Shown here piece after piece: positions 23,805 to 38,079 of a stretch of 64,000 nucleotides of DNA; position 1 is the first letter of the stretch, and every line of letters begins with the position of its first letter. A model generated the notes under the pieces. It searched no databases. It was not told the origin of the DNA and was given only the letters and a program-made list of their open reading frames with translations. The DNA is from Lepidodermella squamata (Eukaryota; Animalia; Gastrotricha): positions 124,001 to 188,000 of the forward strand of contig JBLDXI010000026.1 of assembly GCA_047495785.1 (NCBI GenBank). Direction: 5' to 3'. The translations under genes and the position numbers were made by a program.

Positions 23805-25802
23805 GCCCATATCAATTTAAATTTTCATCCGCATCGCTAAGCGAAAGCTCATTACAATTTACACTGAGATTTTTCACTTTTTGTTTTGCTTATATATAAA
23901 CTATTTCCTGCTTTTACTATAATTTGTTCAACAAAGTCTCTTGCTACCTGTCTGATTCGAGGCTATTTTTCAGGCTCTACTTACCTCACTGCTGTAACAA
24001 TAAAAAATCATGAGACTTATAAGAAGTGTCTCTTCTCAAAAATAAGCGGTAATAAACGTGAGAAAGGCCGTTTTTTTCCGAAAAATTTGCACAGCAAAAT
24101 AAAGAAATGGCAAGTGGCTCTTGTTATTGATACAATAAAACAGCGCCGAGACACAACTCGAGAAAAGCGCTTATTGGCGTGCTTGTTGGCGGCTCGCGTG
24201 TCAACTTATGAAATTTTAAATTTCTTATCTAACACGTCTATATATACGAGAGATGAGAATGGAGCCGGAAAATATAAAGAAAAACAACAATTATGCTGCC
24301 GGTTGCCGGTTGTCGTAATTATCAAAATTGTAATGCTGTCATCATCATGGTGTCTAATAGGTGAGCCTGATGGCATATTTGACGCTTGCACTTTATGAGC
24401 GCACGCGATTGCCCTACGCCTTATAATTAATACAAGGCGTGATGAAGCGGGCGGTCAAAAAACCATTATGCCAAACGACGAGACGAGATGATGGCCACTA
24501 CCGGCATTTCACCCGATGACTATTAAGCTGGCTGATGATGAGTTGGCGTGCCAAGTGAACATTAAGGCGGCACACAAAATGAAATGCACGCCTTCCATGC
24601 CAAAAATATGCAAAAATTAAGAAAAAATAATAATTATACTACCGTGTTTTTGTCATAATATTTCTAGCAATCACGACACCTCACGCGGACGTAAACAAGC
24701 CTGATGTCATTTTTCGCAATCACCACCACGGAGTTTGCCCAGTTTTTCTGGTTCCGGTATTTTCATGTGTTTACTCCACGTGCGTAAATAGCGGTTTTTT
24801 AAGTGCTAAATGAAACAATGTTTTTATTGTTTTATTTTTTCGCGTAATTGCTGCGGGTAAACATTAAAGCGCAGAACATTTTTCATGCGCACCTCTTTTC
24901 TCGCATAGTAATTACAGTCGCAAAAAAGTTCAACTCGCTTTCAGCTCTTAACAACCGTTTAAAGCTTCTATTGTACCGCTAATACTGTCTGAAATTATAT
25001 GAGTTAAATAAATGTGGTCACTACTCGTATAATGTTTTAGGGTAAACCTTTAAACCGGATGATTATTTTCTAGAAAAATGAATAGGTTTGTTGCCTCGTC
25101 TTATCGACAGCGAAGCTTCTTTGTCATAGAAGCGCGAACGCAAGGATCTCGTTAAGTCAAACCGTCGACTTCTTGTGTGTTTGTTATTACACCAAATCCT
25201 AGAGGCCATTTGGCGTCGTCTCGCTGCTTTAACAGAACAATTTGTCTCGAAATGATGAGCGATGACTTTAGTGCAATATGTGCGACTACGCACTCGCGCG
25301 ATGACAGCGCAAATTGCGAAGCGAGCGCGCGCGAGGGTCGTCTCACCTTCGCCGCCGACTGACTGCCGAACGTTAGCATCGCGCAACGTGTTAAACATAA
25401 CATTTAAATTCGGTGTTTCATCATCGCTTCTTGTTTGCCTACTTCGCCGCCGTCATCACCGCCGCGTTTGTGCCAATAATCGTTTCTTGTTTCAAAAAGT
25501 CATTTTTGCGGTCACCTACCACGGCGCAATGTCAAAATGTCATGGCTATTTTTAATAGCCGCTGTTTTGATGGACATATGATGCATCCCTATCTTTTGCT
25601 TATTTAAACATCTCTTGAGTTTTTAACAAATAATAGGCCCCTGAAGGTGAGCCGTTGATACGCTAAATGCTCAATGATATTGTATCTTGACACCAATTAA
25701 AAAAATGTCATCTCATAGCTGAGGTGTTTGTTTACCTATGGCTCAAAAATTTCTTTTTTTCTAGAAAAATAGGGAATTAAATTGCGAATATAATTTGTTG
25801 CG

Positions 25803-28800
25803 ATGCCTCGACGTCGAGGCAAAGATCGGATCGCCTTTAACTGGGCATCTATAGCGAATCGCAGCTTTTGTAATTTACTTTTTTTATCAATCACATTAAC
25901 CTTCAGATCCGGTCTATGCGCCAACTCCACAGGTAAGAATATTCAATACTTCAATGCCTTATAGGTCTTAAATTGAATTATGGAATTGAAAAAATATTTA
26001 AAAAAAAATGAAAAATAAAAAAGGTTTGCGTCCAGCTGAACCGATGGGCTGGCTGAGGCGCACATTCACAAGCACTGTCCCGGTACCGCTCACCACGCAC
26101 ATCGTTAGGCTGCTTCCGTCAGGACCTGACCTTTGACGTGTCATTACGCAACCTGGGCAGTACGGCCTCCGCCGCACCGACCATGTTGATGGCGTACTTA
26201 CACGGGGCGCTCGATCGACATGTGACATCCAGAGACAGGGCTCCCACCGGCCAGCCATTCGGCAAGCCCGGCTCTCAAGTCGCTGAGTTACAGAAGCACG
26301 CCACTGCTTCCAGCCAAAATTAAAGCTCTTAAAGCAAAATTTCAAACCAAAAATCTTAGGCTTTCATAAAGTTTTGGTTTCTAAACAGAATAATTTTTCA
26401 TTTAGATATCGAAACCCAAGTATTTAACGAGGCGCCAACGGCGTTGAATCGATCCCCGGTACCGTCGACATCAAGGGCGTGTTGGGTCGGCCGTGAAGTC
26501 TCAGCCACCTTCGACCGCCCGGCTTCAGTGAGCAATAACAACCAAGCGCTATCGAAAATCACCGTCTGCCCGTCGCTACGGATAAAATGCCACGGCCGGC
26601 TAGCGAGTTGGCGAGCCACCCTCACCGTCGCCGATCAAAACCCAATCAACTTCGCCGTTTTCCGCTCGACCCACGACACCTCCGGGCAGAGATTCACCAT
26701 GATCGGCTACAACACATTCACAGCCCACGCGCTGGGCCGAGATGTGTTCGAAGTACCGGAATCTAAACGGCTTCTCGTCCAACCAGGCGATATTGTCGGT
26801 TATTTCCGAATGGGAACTGGCCAGACGGAATTTATCGGTTTCGTGAATGTCGAGCCTAACGCTGACCCTGACATTGAAACCCAACCCCACGCGCCCGTAG
26901 TCACCGGGGCCTACGACTCGTGTTACCAACTTCAAATGACTTACATCGATTTGATCAAGGCGAATTACAAATTAACCATCGATGAAAACGCAATATTGAA
27001 CAAGCGGTTGTATAGCCTGGCCGCTGTTATCGATACAGTCATGCATAACATCACATTACCGACGACCAAGTTGCGGCATGTTGATGATTCGATAGAAACA
27101 TCCTCGCCACCTGTTGTGGCGAAAATGAAACCGAATTCCAGGGGTCGACGGGTCAACAAGAATTTGCGGAAAAACAACAGCCAAGCTGGTTCGTTATCAG
27201 TCCTAACTTCCACGACTTCAACACCTCAAACTAGGCCTAGTTCAACTAAGGAACCTATGCTGGAACTGAATCCAGCTTTTCAGAAATCTGGGTAAGTTCG
27301 GCCTCGACCTTATAAAAATTAAAAAAAATTAAAAAAATTCGAAAATTCAAAATTTCGACCAATCTGAAATTAGAGTGACTCGTCGAAGAAAATATCCATC
27401 AAGGTAGGATAAAACTGCTAACTTTCGTGATGATTTACTAGGCTTGAGAATTTATTTTCGCTCAAAATTTCTGTTAAAAATTTATTCATTGAAATCTTTC
27501 AATTCCAAGCAGAAACTCATCTTCCACTGCTAGACGCGACGAATTTCGCCGATATTTAGCTGGGCCTCAACTCGACCATGTCGCGCCTCTTGGTGCTTAT
27601 CAAATGTCCCTCGCCAGACCATCCAGGCGGAACCCGTCCCGTGATCGGAATCAGAATCGAAACCGAAATCGATCTCCAGCTGCTGCTAGGCAAGCGGCCG
27701 CGAGCCGGAACGAGGATGACCAGGGCCTCTTGTGGTGCTCCGAGCCTCCGACGATCGAAAACGCGTATTCCGTCAACGAAGTCCTAGCTCAAATCCGGCT
27801 GCCGACTCGGAGTTACGCCTGCCAGTCCGGCTACACCCCGGTCGGCTACAACCGAATCTTCTGCGATCCTAACACTCGCAAATGGACGCCGTTGAATTTT
27901 CAATGCATTTTCACTATAGTCATGGAAGATCCTCCATCAGGCGCGGCTAATAACAGCAACAGCGCGGCGGGTGACAACATGAACACCTGTTTATTCCCGC
28001 CAGTCATCGAGAACGGCTATGCAATTCGGCAAGATGACGTGACTGTCGTCTACCGATGCTACCCCGGCTTTTTAAAGGTCGGCCAGGTTGATCAAGACGG
28101 CTCGACCTGCGATAGGAATACCAATGTATGGACCCCGCCGCTTGTTAGCTGCGTCCTAGGCCGGGTTACAGTTACAATCCCGTTAAACCCGCCTTCCGTG
28201 CCACCACCCGCGATTTTCGCACCAGTTAACCCCACGCCCGAGGCATTAGTTATGCCGGAGATTGTAAGTACCCCGAAAATGCCGGCAATGCTGCGGACTA
28301 TGCCTCAGAATCAACCGCCCCCGCCGCCCCAGGTTGTAGTACCGAGACCTCAGCCGCAGATTCCGTTTGCGACAGTCACGATACCTGTCCAGACAACGAA
28401 GATGGTCATAAGGCCTGGTGGAAGCTACTTCCCACCGCCGTTGATCCCGATTGCCCAGCCCGCCCCGGCGCCAATGATGATAGCCAAAAACCCACCGGCG
28501 CCTGCTGCCTCGCCATCGGTCACCACTGTCCTGGACTGTGGTCTACCGCCTCGAATCGCAAATGGCCGGTTTTACCAGGACACTGATCCTATTTACCCGG
28601 CGAAGTAAGTTGTTCCTATTAGGGAAATTTGAAATAATTTACTGATTTTTAGATCATTTATTTACGAATGCTACCCGGGCTATGTAATGCGTGGCCAGCC
28701 GGTTGTGTTCTGCAATCCTTACTACGGCCGTTTTACCGCACTAACAGCCAGATGCGATCCAGTCGGCCTCGAACTAACGACCCCGCAACCCCAGCCTCCT

Positions 28801-31100
28801 TCGACAGTTCCAACCACAACGACTACTACAACGACTACCACAACTACAACTACCAGACCTCCTCAACAAATTGAAGATCTCCTGGATTGCGGAACCCCGC
28901 CTCCGATTCCCAATGCATTTACAGTCACGTAAGCTTGCGTTTGATTTTTCCGAATTTTTAATTAATTGAATTTAAATTTAATTTATTAATTTATTTAATT
29001 ATTTAGTCATTTTCGATCGGCCTTTGATTTTTTTTCTTAAATAATTTGTCAATTAATTTAACTGATTTTTTTTACTTCTTCAGTGGTGGTAAGCGTTCAA
29101 GTGCTGTTTATCTATGCTTACCTGGCTACACCGGGGTCGGAATAGCTGAAATCAGCTGCATTCTCCCGGACGATGACGATCCGAGTCGAGGACCTACTTG
29201 GAGCCGAACTTCTTTCGTCTGCTCAATGACAACGTTACCACCTCAGGCCACAGCGGCCGCACCATCGCCACCCCCAACAGCTCGCGCGACGGTCCCAACA
29301 AGTGCCATGACTACCTCTACCACTACGGCTACGACAGCTAAAACCGAGGCGCCGCCGGCTGAAGGAACCGGGTTCCAACCATTTTTGATCATCCCAGGGC
29401 CGAAAAGGGCGATGACTAAACGTGTCCCAGCTGTGTTTGAGGTAGATAATTCGACCCCGACCCCGAGTACGGAGCCTCCGGCGAAGAATCAGTCTTTGAA
29501 GCCAGTTGTTCAGGACACGCCGATATTTTTGCCAGAACCCTATGTCAATCCTGCAAGAGCTCCTTCAGCCATTGTTCCTAACATATCACCCAGGGTGACT
29601 TCAGTTTTAGCCCCGAATTCGCCCGACGCGCCTATTTTGCAACCGAACCAGCGGCAAAGCCAACCGTTCCTAATTCCGAACTCGATTAATACAAACTACT
29701 TGATACCGAATTCGGCGCTTTCTGGCGACGGCGTGCAACTCGTGACGCCTTTTATTATACCCAGGGTTCAGAGTTTGACCCCGTCACCGCGTTCGTCACC
29801 CTACCAGCAACAGGGTCAGTTGTACCCGCAAATGCTGCCGCCAGTACAGACGTTATCCCCACCGCAACGGCTACCGCCCGCTGCCCAGCCGCAGCCGCAG
29901 CCAACTCAACCCCGACAGACTGTGTCTCTGCCGACACCCCAGACGCTACCCGGGGCTCCGGCTTTAGCCCCGGCTTCTACCCTATCTCCCGTGCCAATGA
30001 ACTGGCAAAACGTGCAGACGCTGCAACCTCTCCGGGGCGGTAATAACTTGCCGCCATACACCGGCCAAACGGCGCCAGTGGCGACCATAGGCCCAGCTCA
30101 GTCAGCTACCTCAAAACGTGAGTTATTTTTTAATTTAAGTTTTTTTCAAAATTTAAATGAGACATGCCCTCATGTCAATTTAGTGCCAACAAAAATAAAA
30201 ATGAAGTGATTAAAATCATAAATTTGAAAATTTAAGTTCAACTGCAGGTTGGTTAATTACTTTAGCAGTACGTGATTTATGTACTCCGTAATTTAATAAC
30301 TATGATTTAACTAAACGCTCTCAAGGGAACCACGAGTATAAGGAGTGCAAATTGTAATTTATTAAGGAAATTATAATCTTCACGACAGTATACGAAAATA
30401 AAGGCAGGTGGTGAAAGGCGGACGGGATCCAGTAAGTACAATTGACAGCTGGGATCCTAAGGAACTCGTTGACATCCTGAGTTGTGAAAGGGAGTCTCCG
30501 GAACCCGTGAAAGCGGGCCTGAAATCAGCCAATAACTTAACTTATTTTGTTCACCGGTCACGTGATTCCTTATCCTCCGCTCATATTAAGGTAATTGGCC
30601 AACCCGGATCCCTGATTGGTGCTATGTCATTTTGTTAGATTTCATAAATTTGAAGTCAGTGGTTAAGTGGTGAAGGTAATAGTCGCGATGAGCGAGCACG
30701 GGACATTCTAATGGTTGATTTATAGTGACTAGAAGGCTAGCGTGTGGCTTCGATTTGTGTCAATTATTTAATTGATTTAGTTTTTATTGCATTTTTAAAT
30801 TGAATTTGTTTATTTATATTTTATTATTGTTCAGCTTGGTTCACCCAAACGCAGGCGCCTGGCAGCGACCCAAGCGCGCAGTGCGTTGTATTTCAGACGT
30901 GCGGCGAGCCGCCGGCGGTGAATGATGCGCAAATCGAGCCGTCTTACAACGGCCGGCACTCGTGCCCTGGCGACTACGTGCGCTACGTCTGCAATCCCGG
31001 CTTCCGGCTCGACTCTCTAATCTCGGCTGTCTTCTGTTCTCAGGCCACTTTCTCATGGTCACCGTCGCGGCCGCCGACTTGCATTAAGGCCAGCAATTAA
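25803..31100 (+). CDS. Secreted protein with 5 sushi/CCP domains, Pro/Thr-rich mucin-like linkers and an N-terminal uncharacterised domain
   Basis: Phase-compatible exons 25803-25932, 26406-27291, 27374-27403, 27513-28604, 28653-28928, 29084-30117 and ~30835-31100. Five C..PP.I.N...Y.C.PG[YF]...C...W...C-type modules; signal-like first exon; no C-terminal TM. Confidence 0.8.
30216..30654. mobile_element. Possible intronic insertion flanked by a 13-bp direct repeat
   Basis: tcataaatttgaa at 30216-30228 and 30642-30654 flanks a more GC-rich ~410-bp segment. Confidence 0.4.
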
Positions 31101-31532
31101 CGCAGTCTCGGCGCGAGGTGCTCGCTAGAAATTAATATCGTCTAATGTCAAATTTTGTCAACAAAAACAAAGTAATAATTTACAGCTGAGAAGTGCATGC
31201 CTTGAATTGTGCCGTTCAAGTTTTTTTTAGCGCTTATAGGAATCTTGTTCCAGTCGCTTTAAAATTTCGAAGTTGAAGGCGAACAAGGCTCGATATTACC
31301 AATGCTGTAGCTAATCATTCTATTCAACTTCGAAAGTAGTGTAAATAGCTTGCTTTATTACTTATTCTCAGAATACTATTATTACCAGAGTTAACACTAT
31401 TTATATTAATAATTGTTGCTTGTTTGGCGATTTTTGTTCTTCTACATTCATGCGGCCGGAAATTGTGCTTGTGTCATTTGTTTGAAAGTAAAGAGACGTT
31501 CGATTTTTCTGAGGTCTTCCAAGCTTTTTGTT

Positions 31533-32225
31533 TCAAAATTTGAAAACCAGATGTTTGACGAGATAACCCGTAGCAACCAGCCCAGTTGACACTGGCAGCA
31601 GGCGGTGGTCGCGGAAAATGATCGAAGGCAGAATGGCAGTTCCAGTAAAAACCCAGGCGATGAAAATGAGCGTAATTACGGCTGAATGATGATCGAAATA
31701 ACTCAACTGATGAGCGACTTGGGGCCCAAATGCGAAAAATGTGACCGGGATAAGAACCCAATTGCTTGATAGTTGAGGGGAAATTGCTTGAAGAGTCGCC
31801 ACGAAATTACCACCAAAATAGTTTTTCATCACATGGATAAGGACATGCACAGCTTGAGCAATGATTGCGTTCCCGGCAACTGGCAAATCGTCGTGGTTTT
31901 CACTGCTGGCAAAGTTGTAGATTCGAGCGGTGACAGCGGCGAATAGCGGCCAGATGAGTGAGATCAAGATTTGAACAATAGCCGGGCTGTTCCAGATGAA
32001 AGGCATCATAACGAGATTTGTAACCAGATAAACGAATTGAGCAAGGTAAATCAGCATGGTTCGGGAATAGTTTCGGCTATCGTCTTGGGCGAGTAGATAA
32101 TTAATGAGAGCATCGTCGCGGCACTTGTCGATCGCTTTTCCAATGATGCCATAAAATGCCCGTTTTTTCATTTGAGGATCCATTCGCTCACCACGATCAG
32201 CGTTGATTGCTACACCACTCGGCAT
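31533..32225 (-). CDS. Single-exon multi-pass membrane protein of unknown function (230 aa)
   Basis: Uninterrupted ATG-initiated ORF with about 5-6 hydrophobic segments. Confidence 0.65.
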   Translation of the reverse strand: MPSGVAINADRGERMDPQMKKRAFYGIIGKAIDKCRDDALINYLLAQDDSRNYSRTMLIYLAQFVYLVTNLVMMPFIWNSPAIVQILISLIWPLFAAVTARIYNFASSENHDDLPVAGNAIIAQAVHVLIHVMKNYFGGNFVATLQAISPQLSSNWVLIPVTFFAFGPQVAHQLSYFDHHSAVITLIFIAWVFTGTAILPSIIFRDHRLLPVSTGLVATGYLVKHLVFKF

Positions 32226-32810
32226 TTTTCACAAATAAAAATGCGTAAAAAACGAAGAAAAACTTTCATGATGAATTTAAGGTGGATATTTTAATTTTTT
32301 TTTGTCTAAAACCGTTACATTTTTTTTTCATTCCTATTCCGTTAAGACCAGCAAAACTGGCTAATTTGCATTTTACAACTCAAACGAGATAATTGGCCCA
32401 CGCATCATTGCTCTGTAAGCCAGAAGTAACTCAGGCATGAATAAACGTAGTAATGCTCGGGGAAGTGGAAAAACAAGTTTTACCAGTTTACCTGTCCAAA
32501 ACGATGACCCGGTGACAATTTTATGATCCTATCTCTGGAACAAGCTCGCACCTAGCAACCGTTGCTAGGGCGATAAAAAAATTCATTACTGATCGTTGAC
32601 CAGTCTTATCTACATGTACTTACTCTTTGTGTTATCATCGCCTGTCATATAATAATAAATAATCTCGCAAGCAATTCATTTATCTAAACCGAAATTCTCG
32701 CGTACAGCTCCCATGCTACCAGTGGCGCGTGACAACAAACTGGTTTTAAAATCGGATTAAATATTATTATTTTTTAAATTATTGTGATTTATTACCACCA
32801 CCGCCGACAG

Positions 32811-35800
32811 ATGGATGAACTGTGGTCGGCCGTTTCGCAGCTGTTGACAGACGGCGCGGCGATAGTGGGTGCTGGGTGCGTCTCGCACCAGCACCCATTA
32901 GCGGCCACTAAAAGCAGTGAGAAAAATTACCACGTAACAGCGCCGAGGAGCACAGCTCGCCGTCGAACGACAATTACACCACGAGATTCAACATCGACAG
33001 CTCCGCCGGCATTCACCCGCAATTCTTTGACCCGAAGCATGCCGCCTGATAGACACCCCGGTTCCAACTTGGCGCCGCGGAGATCTAGCTTAAAAGTCGG
33101 ATCTACCCCTCCTGGCACTAGCAAGAAAACCGTCACTATAAGACAAATCGGCAGAATCAATAGTATGATAGATAGCGATGATGAAGATGGCGCGGACGTG
33201 CCGGATCAGGGCTCTACGAAATGGTCTAGTTACGACAACGTCGATGCCGAAGAGCCGGATGCCTTTGACGAGAATGCGTCAACATCGCCTACAATTCAAC
33301 GTCGACAATCTTCGAATCAGTATTACTCGCCCCAGGTTAATTCCAAGTATGGTCAGAAAAAAATGAGTTTAACAGAGGCTGGATCGCCACGACTTCTCCA
33401 AGCCCCGGATCCTTACTACAGCAGTAGAAGGTCGGCAAATAGTTTACCGGTACCAGGTTTGGAACCAGGGCGGTTAGAGCGAAGATCCTCTATCGGATCT
33501 CGAAGTTCAGTCTCATCACGATTTTCAACTATAACTTTATCATTGTCCGGTCGAGCTTCTACAGTTAGTCTCCGGCCTGTTCGGCAGACTGATTCAATTG
33601 AATTCGTAGTCCCAAAGTTGAAAATGGAGGTATCAGATCGGCTGAAACCGTATAAACGGCGCATTTTAACTCAGCCGATTGATGTTAACAAGCTGAACCC
33701 TCAAATCTATTCGAACGAGGACAATCAAGAGCGAAGGGGTAGTATCGATTCACCGGACTCGATCGATGCGCCTACGGTTCAGTTTCGCGTGAAATTCGAT
33801 AAAAGGTAGTCATGATTCATTTTGAGATTGAACTAGGAATTGACGCTTTTTTCAGGCGCTGGATGATGATTGTTCATCTAATATGCGCCAAAAACTTGCC
33901 AGCTATGGACCTTAATGGCTTTTCAGACCCCTACATCAAAATTTACCTGACGAGTAACGACGCAACCGGCGGTTCGATATGCGGCGTTCATCAAACTCGA
34001 GTGATATTCAAATCGCTGAATCCTGTTTTCAACGAGGTGAAAGCTTCATTAAAATTTTACTAAAAATAATCGAATTTTTTTTCGACACAGGTCTTTGAAA
34101 TTCCGATTTTGTCGCGGGAACTCGATAAATTGTCATCAGCCGTGTTGAAACTATGGGTTTACGACTACGATTTTCTAACCCGAGACGATTTAATCGGATG
34201 CATAGCTTTACCAGCAATATATGAGAAATTAAATCAAACGCCAAACACTTTCATCCGGTTCCGCGAGGTTATCGATCAAAACGTCACGGTGAGTCACGCA
34301 AATTTATTAAATAAAAATATGAAAAAATTTGAAGCTCATTTCTATTTGAGAATTTTTGATTAAATTTGGAAAATTTGAAAGTAGAATAGTCATTATTTTT
34401 TGGCGGCTGCTGCTGGAGCGGCAGCTGCAGCTTTGTTGCCTCGAGCTGCCGACAGCAACACGTCGAAGATGTTCTTCGGCTTGGCCTTGAGCTTTTGTAA
34501 CCTTTGCTCTTCTTCGATGATTTTCCGCCGATTTACAATCCGCTCTCGCCTATCCAAATACATTACCTATAAACAAGACCAGTAATTTGTTAATAATAAT
34601 CCGGGAAATTAATCCATGACTTACTACTACGACCAACATAGCAAATATTCCGAAACCAGCCGAAATCGTACCGGCCAAAAATAAATCAGTCTATTAAAAA
34701 CATCCAATCTAAAAACCTTATTTTTTTATAAGTTTTAACCAACCTTAGGAACAGTTCCACCCTTAATATCTTCGTAAACTGTCGTGTCGTTAGCCGCCAA
34801 GTCTAGAATATTGATTGCAGCCTGTGCGGACATTCCGCCGCCGGCGCCAATTATCAGCAGGGTGACTATGAGCAGGGGTATGAATGATGACAAATTCTGA
34901 CGCAGTTGCTTGTCAAAATCGAGGTCGGCTACAATGGCATCCGCCGTTTTGGTTGCGTCCGCTTTCGTCGGCTGCTGATTTTCCGCAGCCGCCGATGATG
35001 CCGCCGCTGCTGCGGGTTGCTCTGATGCCAACTGATCCGTAGTTTGTTCTATCGGCGCCGCCATTGTTTAAGCGATGCGTGAGCAAACACGCAAACTCGC
35101 TGTCGATATTATATACTGCGCAACCTATGTAATATTATAGGAAATGTGCATATTTTTCGAAAACATATGAAAATCGAATTCAAAAATGCGCCAATTTTTT
35201 TTATCGCGTAGACAACGCGCGGCATGTATCATTAGCGAGATTCGCTGTGAAATTCTAGTATTTTACCGAACTAATCAATTTCAAATTTCATTCTTCCTAT
35301 TTTTCTTGTCATCCGGATAAATTTAGACGAAATCACCAACATTTTTTCCCGAGGTTTCAATTTTCTATATTCACATCTTTAAATAGGACATCCCTATATC
35401 AAAACCGCAAGAACCTTCGATCTGCTCATGTTGTAATTTATTGCCACATGAAATGTATTATTTTATCGCGCATTTTACAGATTTGAAGCTAATCAGATTG
35501 TAAAATACCGGAATGGCGCGCGGAAATATGGCGATTATATTGGGTTCAATACCGGATTTTATTTGCCTAGGTTAGGTAGGTAGGGTAGGCGCGGCATTAA
35601 AATCGCTCACGGCGTTAGCTTGCGAGAAAAACAAAGCGGAAAAGAGTGCGATCGAAATAAAATCTGACCTACCTATATATGAAGAAAAGATTAGAAAGTG
35701 AGGCTTTTGATGAAAAATACAGTCTGCACGCGCTATAGAAACCCCGCCTCAGATTTTATTGCGCATTTATTCAGCTTTAAAAATAGGAATGCCCCCAGAC

Positions 35801-38079
35801 GCTTCGCTATTCATAAAACCTCCTACCTGTGTTTATCTCATTTGCCACCAATAAAATATCGCTAATACATCATGAACTATTCATATTTATCGCGAGGTGT
35901 TTATCGTTGTTCATTTACGTCAAACTGCCCGCTGTTGGGCAAACATATCTTAATCTAAAATAATATACAAATCAATTGTCTGGATAAGTCCCAAAAATCA
36001 GGGTTCATCTTCTTAAATAAACCAGGCCCATTTTTCTGAAGTATATAATAAGCTGTTCTATCCGGGCAGACTTATTCCTTAATAAATCGCACATGATAAA
36101 ATGGTAATTTAATGCATATTTTAATGACACTGATGCGCATCTTTAAATATATGCAGTGCAAATAGAAAACTACTGTAAATTTTTTTACAAGAGAAAGTGA
36201 TGTCTATTCGCACGGATAAACTTGCACTCGTAAGCTCGCGTAAAAAAGCTGCATCAGGTTGCGTATTACGAAGTCCCTAGTTTTCCGAGGGCATCTCATT
36301 CTTCAGCCGGCTCTATAATCTTCAATTTTCCGCTCTTAACTCTTCGAATTGAACTTGAATAGTTCCGAGCGCAGTATTAAAAAAATATAGTATGATTTTC
36401 ACGTCATCATCCGCTGCTGGGCAATTTAATTTCGATTTCTCGCAATGGACCGATTACGATAGCGATGACGACGCGTTTTCGAAAAAACGCCATCACCATC
36501 ACCACAATCATCATAAAGATCACAAAGACGCGTTTCACAGCTATTTACCTCAATCGTTATCGGCTCACAACACCTTTTACAGCCCTCGATTGAGTTCGAG
36601 ATTACCAGGGACACTTGTTAAAAGTGGGAAAGATCGGCACAACAGCAGCGGAACCCCATCGCCCACCCACTCAACGACAGGCTCGAATCATTTATTTCAG
36701 AAAAATGTAAAATCAGCGGCCCGGTGCGATTTGAAAAGATCGTCATCCGGCGAATTTCACCTGCCTCATTTTCGATTCGGAGCCCCGTTCAAATTAACGC
36801 CTCCTCCGAGTTTGACCAACTTGGTGGCTGCTACGAAAAAATTCCTTACAAAACCCGAAGTCATTGACAGCAAAAAATCGGTCGGAAGCGAAGATAGCAA
36901 GGTTAATAACTAGGTTAAATAAATAAATCTTAAAAATAAAAAAATTTAGGTTTTCCGATAAAATTTTGAACTTTATAACGTTTCCATCTTTTTCAGGAAG
37001 ACGAAGTTGGTGGGGAGATTCTCGTCGATCTCGAGATGCTTCCTCTTACCGGTCGACTCAATGTCAACATAGTAAAGCTAAGAAATATGTCAGCCCCAGG
37101 GATTATTTGCACTACAGGTTATTCATTAATTAAACCACCTTAATATTTATTAAAAAAAATTATCTCGCTATAGATGATTGGTACTTTGCCAAAATTGAGC
37201 TGACGTGTTCTTCGAGTCGTTGCAAAGAGTCTGTTGTGAAAAAGAAGACCCAGCGTTACCGCGCTGAGGTTCGAAGTGCAGTAGAACCCGAAAATAATGC
37301 TGGCAAAAGCTCATCGAAAGCTCAAGCTCGACGCCAACGAACTGCTAGTACTGCCACTAACACGCTGACAACGACCGGAAATTGGCTTGAAGTCAACATC
37401 AGCGAGCAATTCAATTTCTCCCTCAGAGCGAAAGGCAAAGGGCATCACGCGAAAACATCGGAGCAACAGAAACCTGAGGAGCCTATTAGTGCTGGCGATA
37501 AGGACTCGAATAAACTCAACTGTCAGCTGAAAATTTCAGTTTTCATTCAACATGGCAAGAGCCATCACCATGAGCCGAGGGATGACCAAGCTCCGTCTCA
37601 TGCTGACTGTGGATTGGTCCATTCGATGATGCCCAGTATGAAACAGCTAATAGGGTAGGTGTTAAAGTCACATGCTATTATTTTACGTAGTTAGAATTTC
37701 AATTTTTTAGGAATTTTTCTTGAATTAAACATGTTATCAATTTTTTTAAATTAATTTAAAATATTGAAATTAGTGACCTACTTAATTTAAAATGTTCGAA
37801 TTTTCGACTGAGAAATATTTTTTCCTTTTCAGAACTTGTACAATTGGAACCGATGTAGTCGGGCTTGGCGGGGACCACTGGGTGGAGGCGGAGAGAGCCG
37901 CTGAATCGTCCAAGGCTGAGGGCGAAGCGAAGTACAAAGCATATGCCGAACACAACATCACAACAATAACACGCTGGCATTCACTGATGGTGGGCAAATC
38001 AAGCCAAAGTAAAAGTAACAGTAATAGCCATCATGAGCCACTAAGTCAAGAAAAGCCCGATCAAAATAGCAAAGAATAA
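32811..38079 (+). CDS. Synaptotagmin-like tandem C2 protein (disordered N-terminus, C2A, C2B)
   Basis: Exons 32811-33805, 33856-34036 and 34091-34288 encode C2A (AKNLPAMDLNGFSDPYIK...LNPVFNE...VYDYDFLTRDDLIG). A phase-0 join to 36997-37117, 37174-37654 and 37833-38079 adds C2B (GEILVDLEMLPLTGRLNVNIVK...LIGTCTIG...HW...ITRWHSL). Confidence 0.75.
34393..35064 (-). CDS. Small two-TM protein gene nested antisense in the C2A-C2B intron
   Basis: Exons ~35064-34743, ~34691-34625 and 34566-34393 splice in frame. The product has an Ala-rich N-terminus, two hydrophobic helices and a coiled/basic tail ending AAAAKK*. Confidence 0.7.
36392..36901 (+). CDS. Probable alternative first exon (His/Ser-rich) splicing to the C2B exons
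   Basis: Own ATG, 170 codons, and a phase-0 donor (AAG|GTTAAT) matching the phase-0 acceptor at 36997. Confidence 0.6.

Noticed and set aside
23886-25607. Several 60-170 aa ORFs
   Set aside because: Mostly non-ATG starts with no domains; probably regulatory or UTR sequence upstream of the sushi gene.
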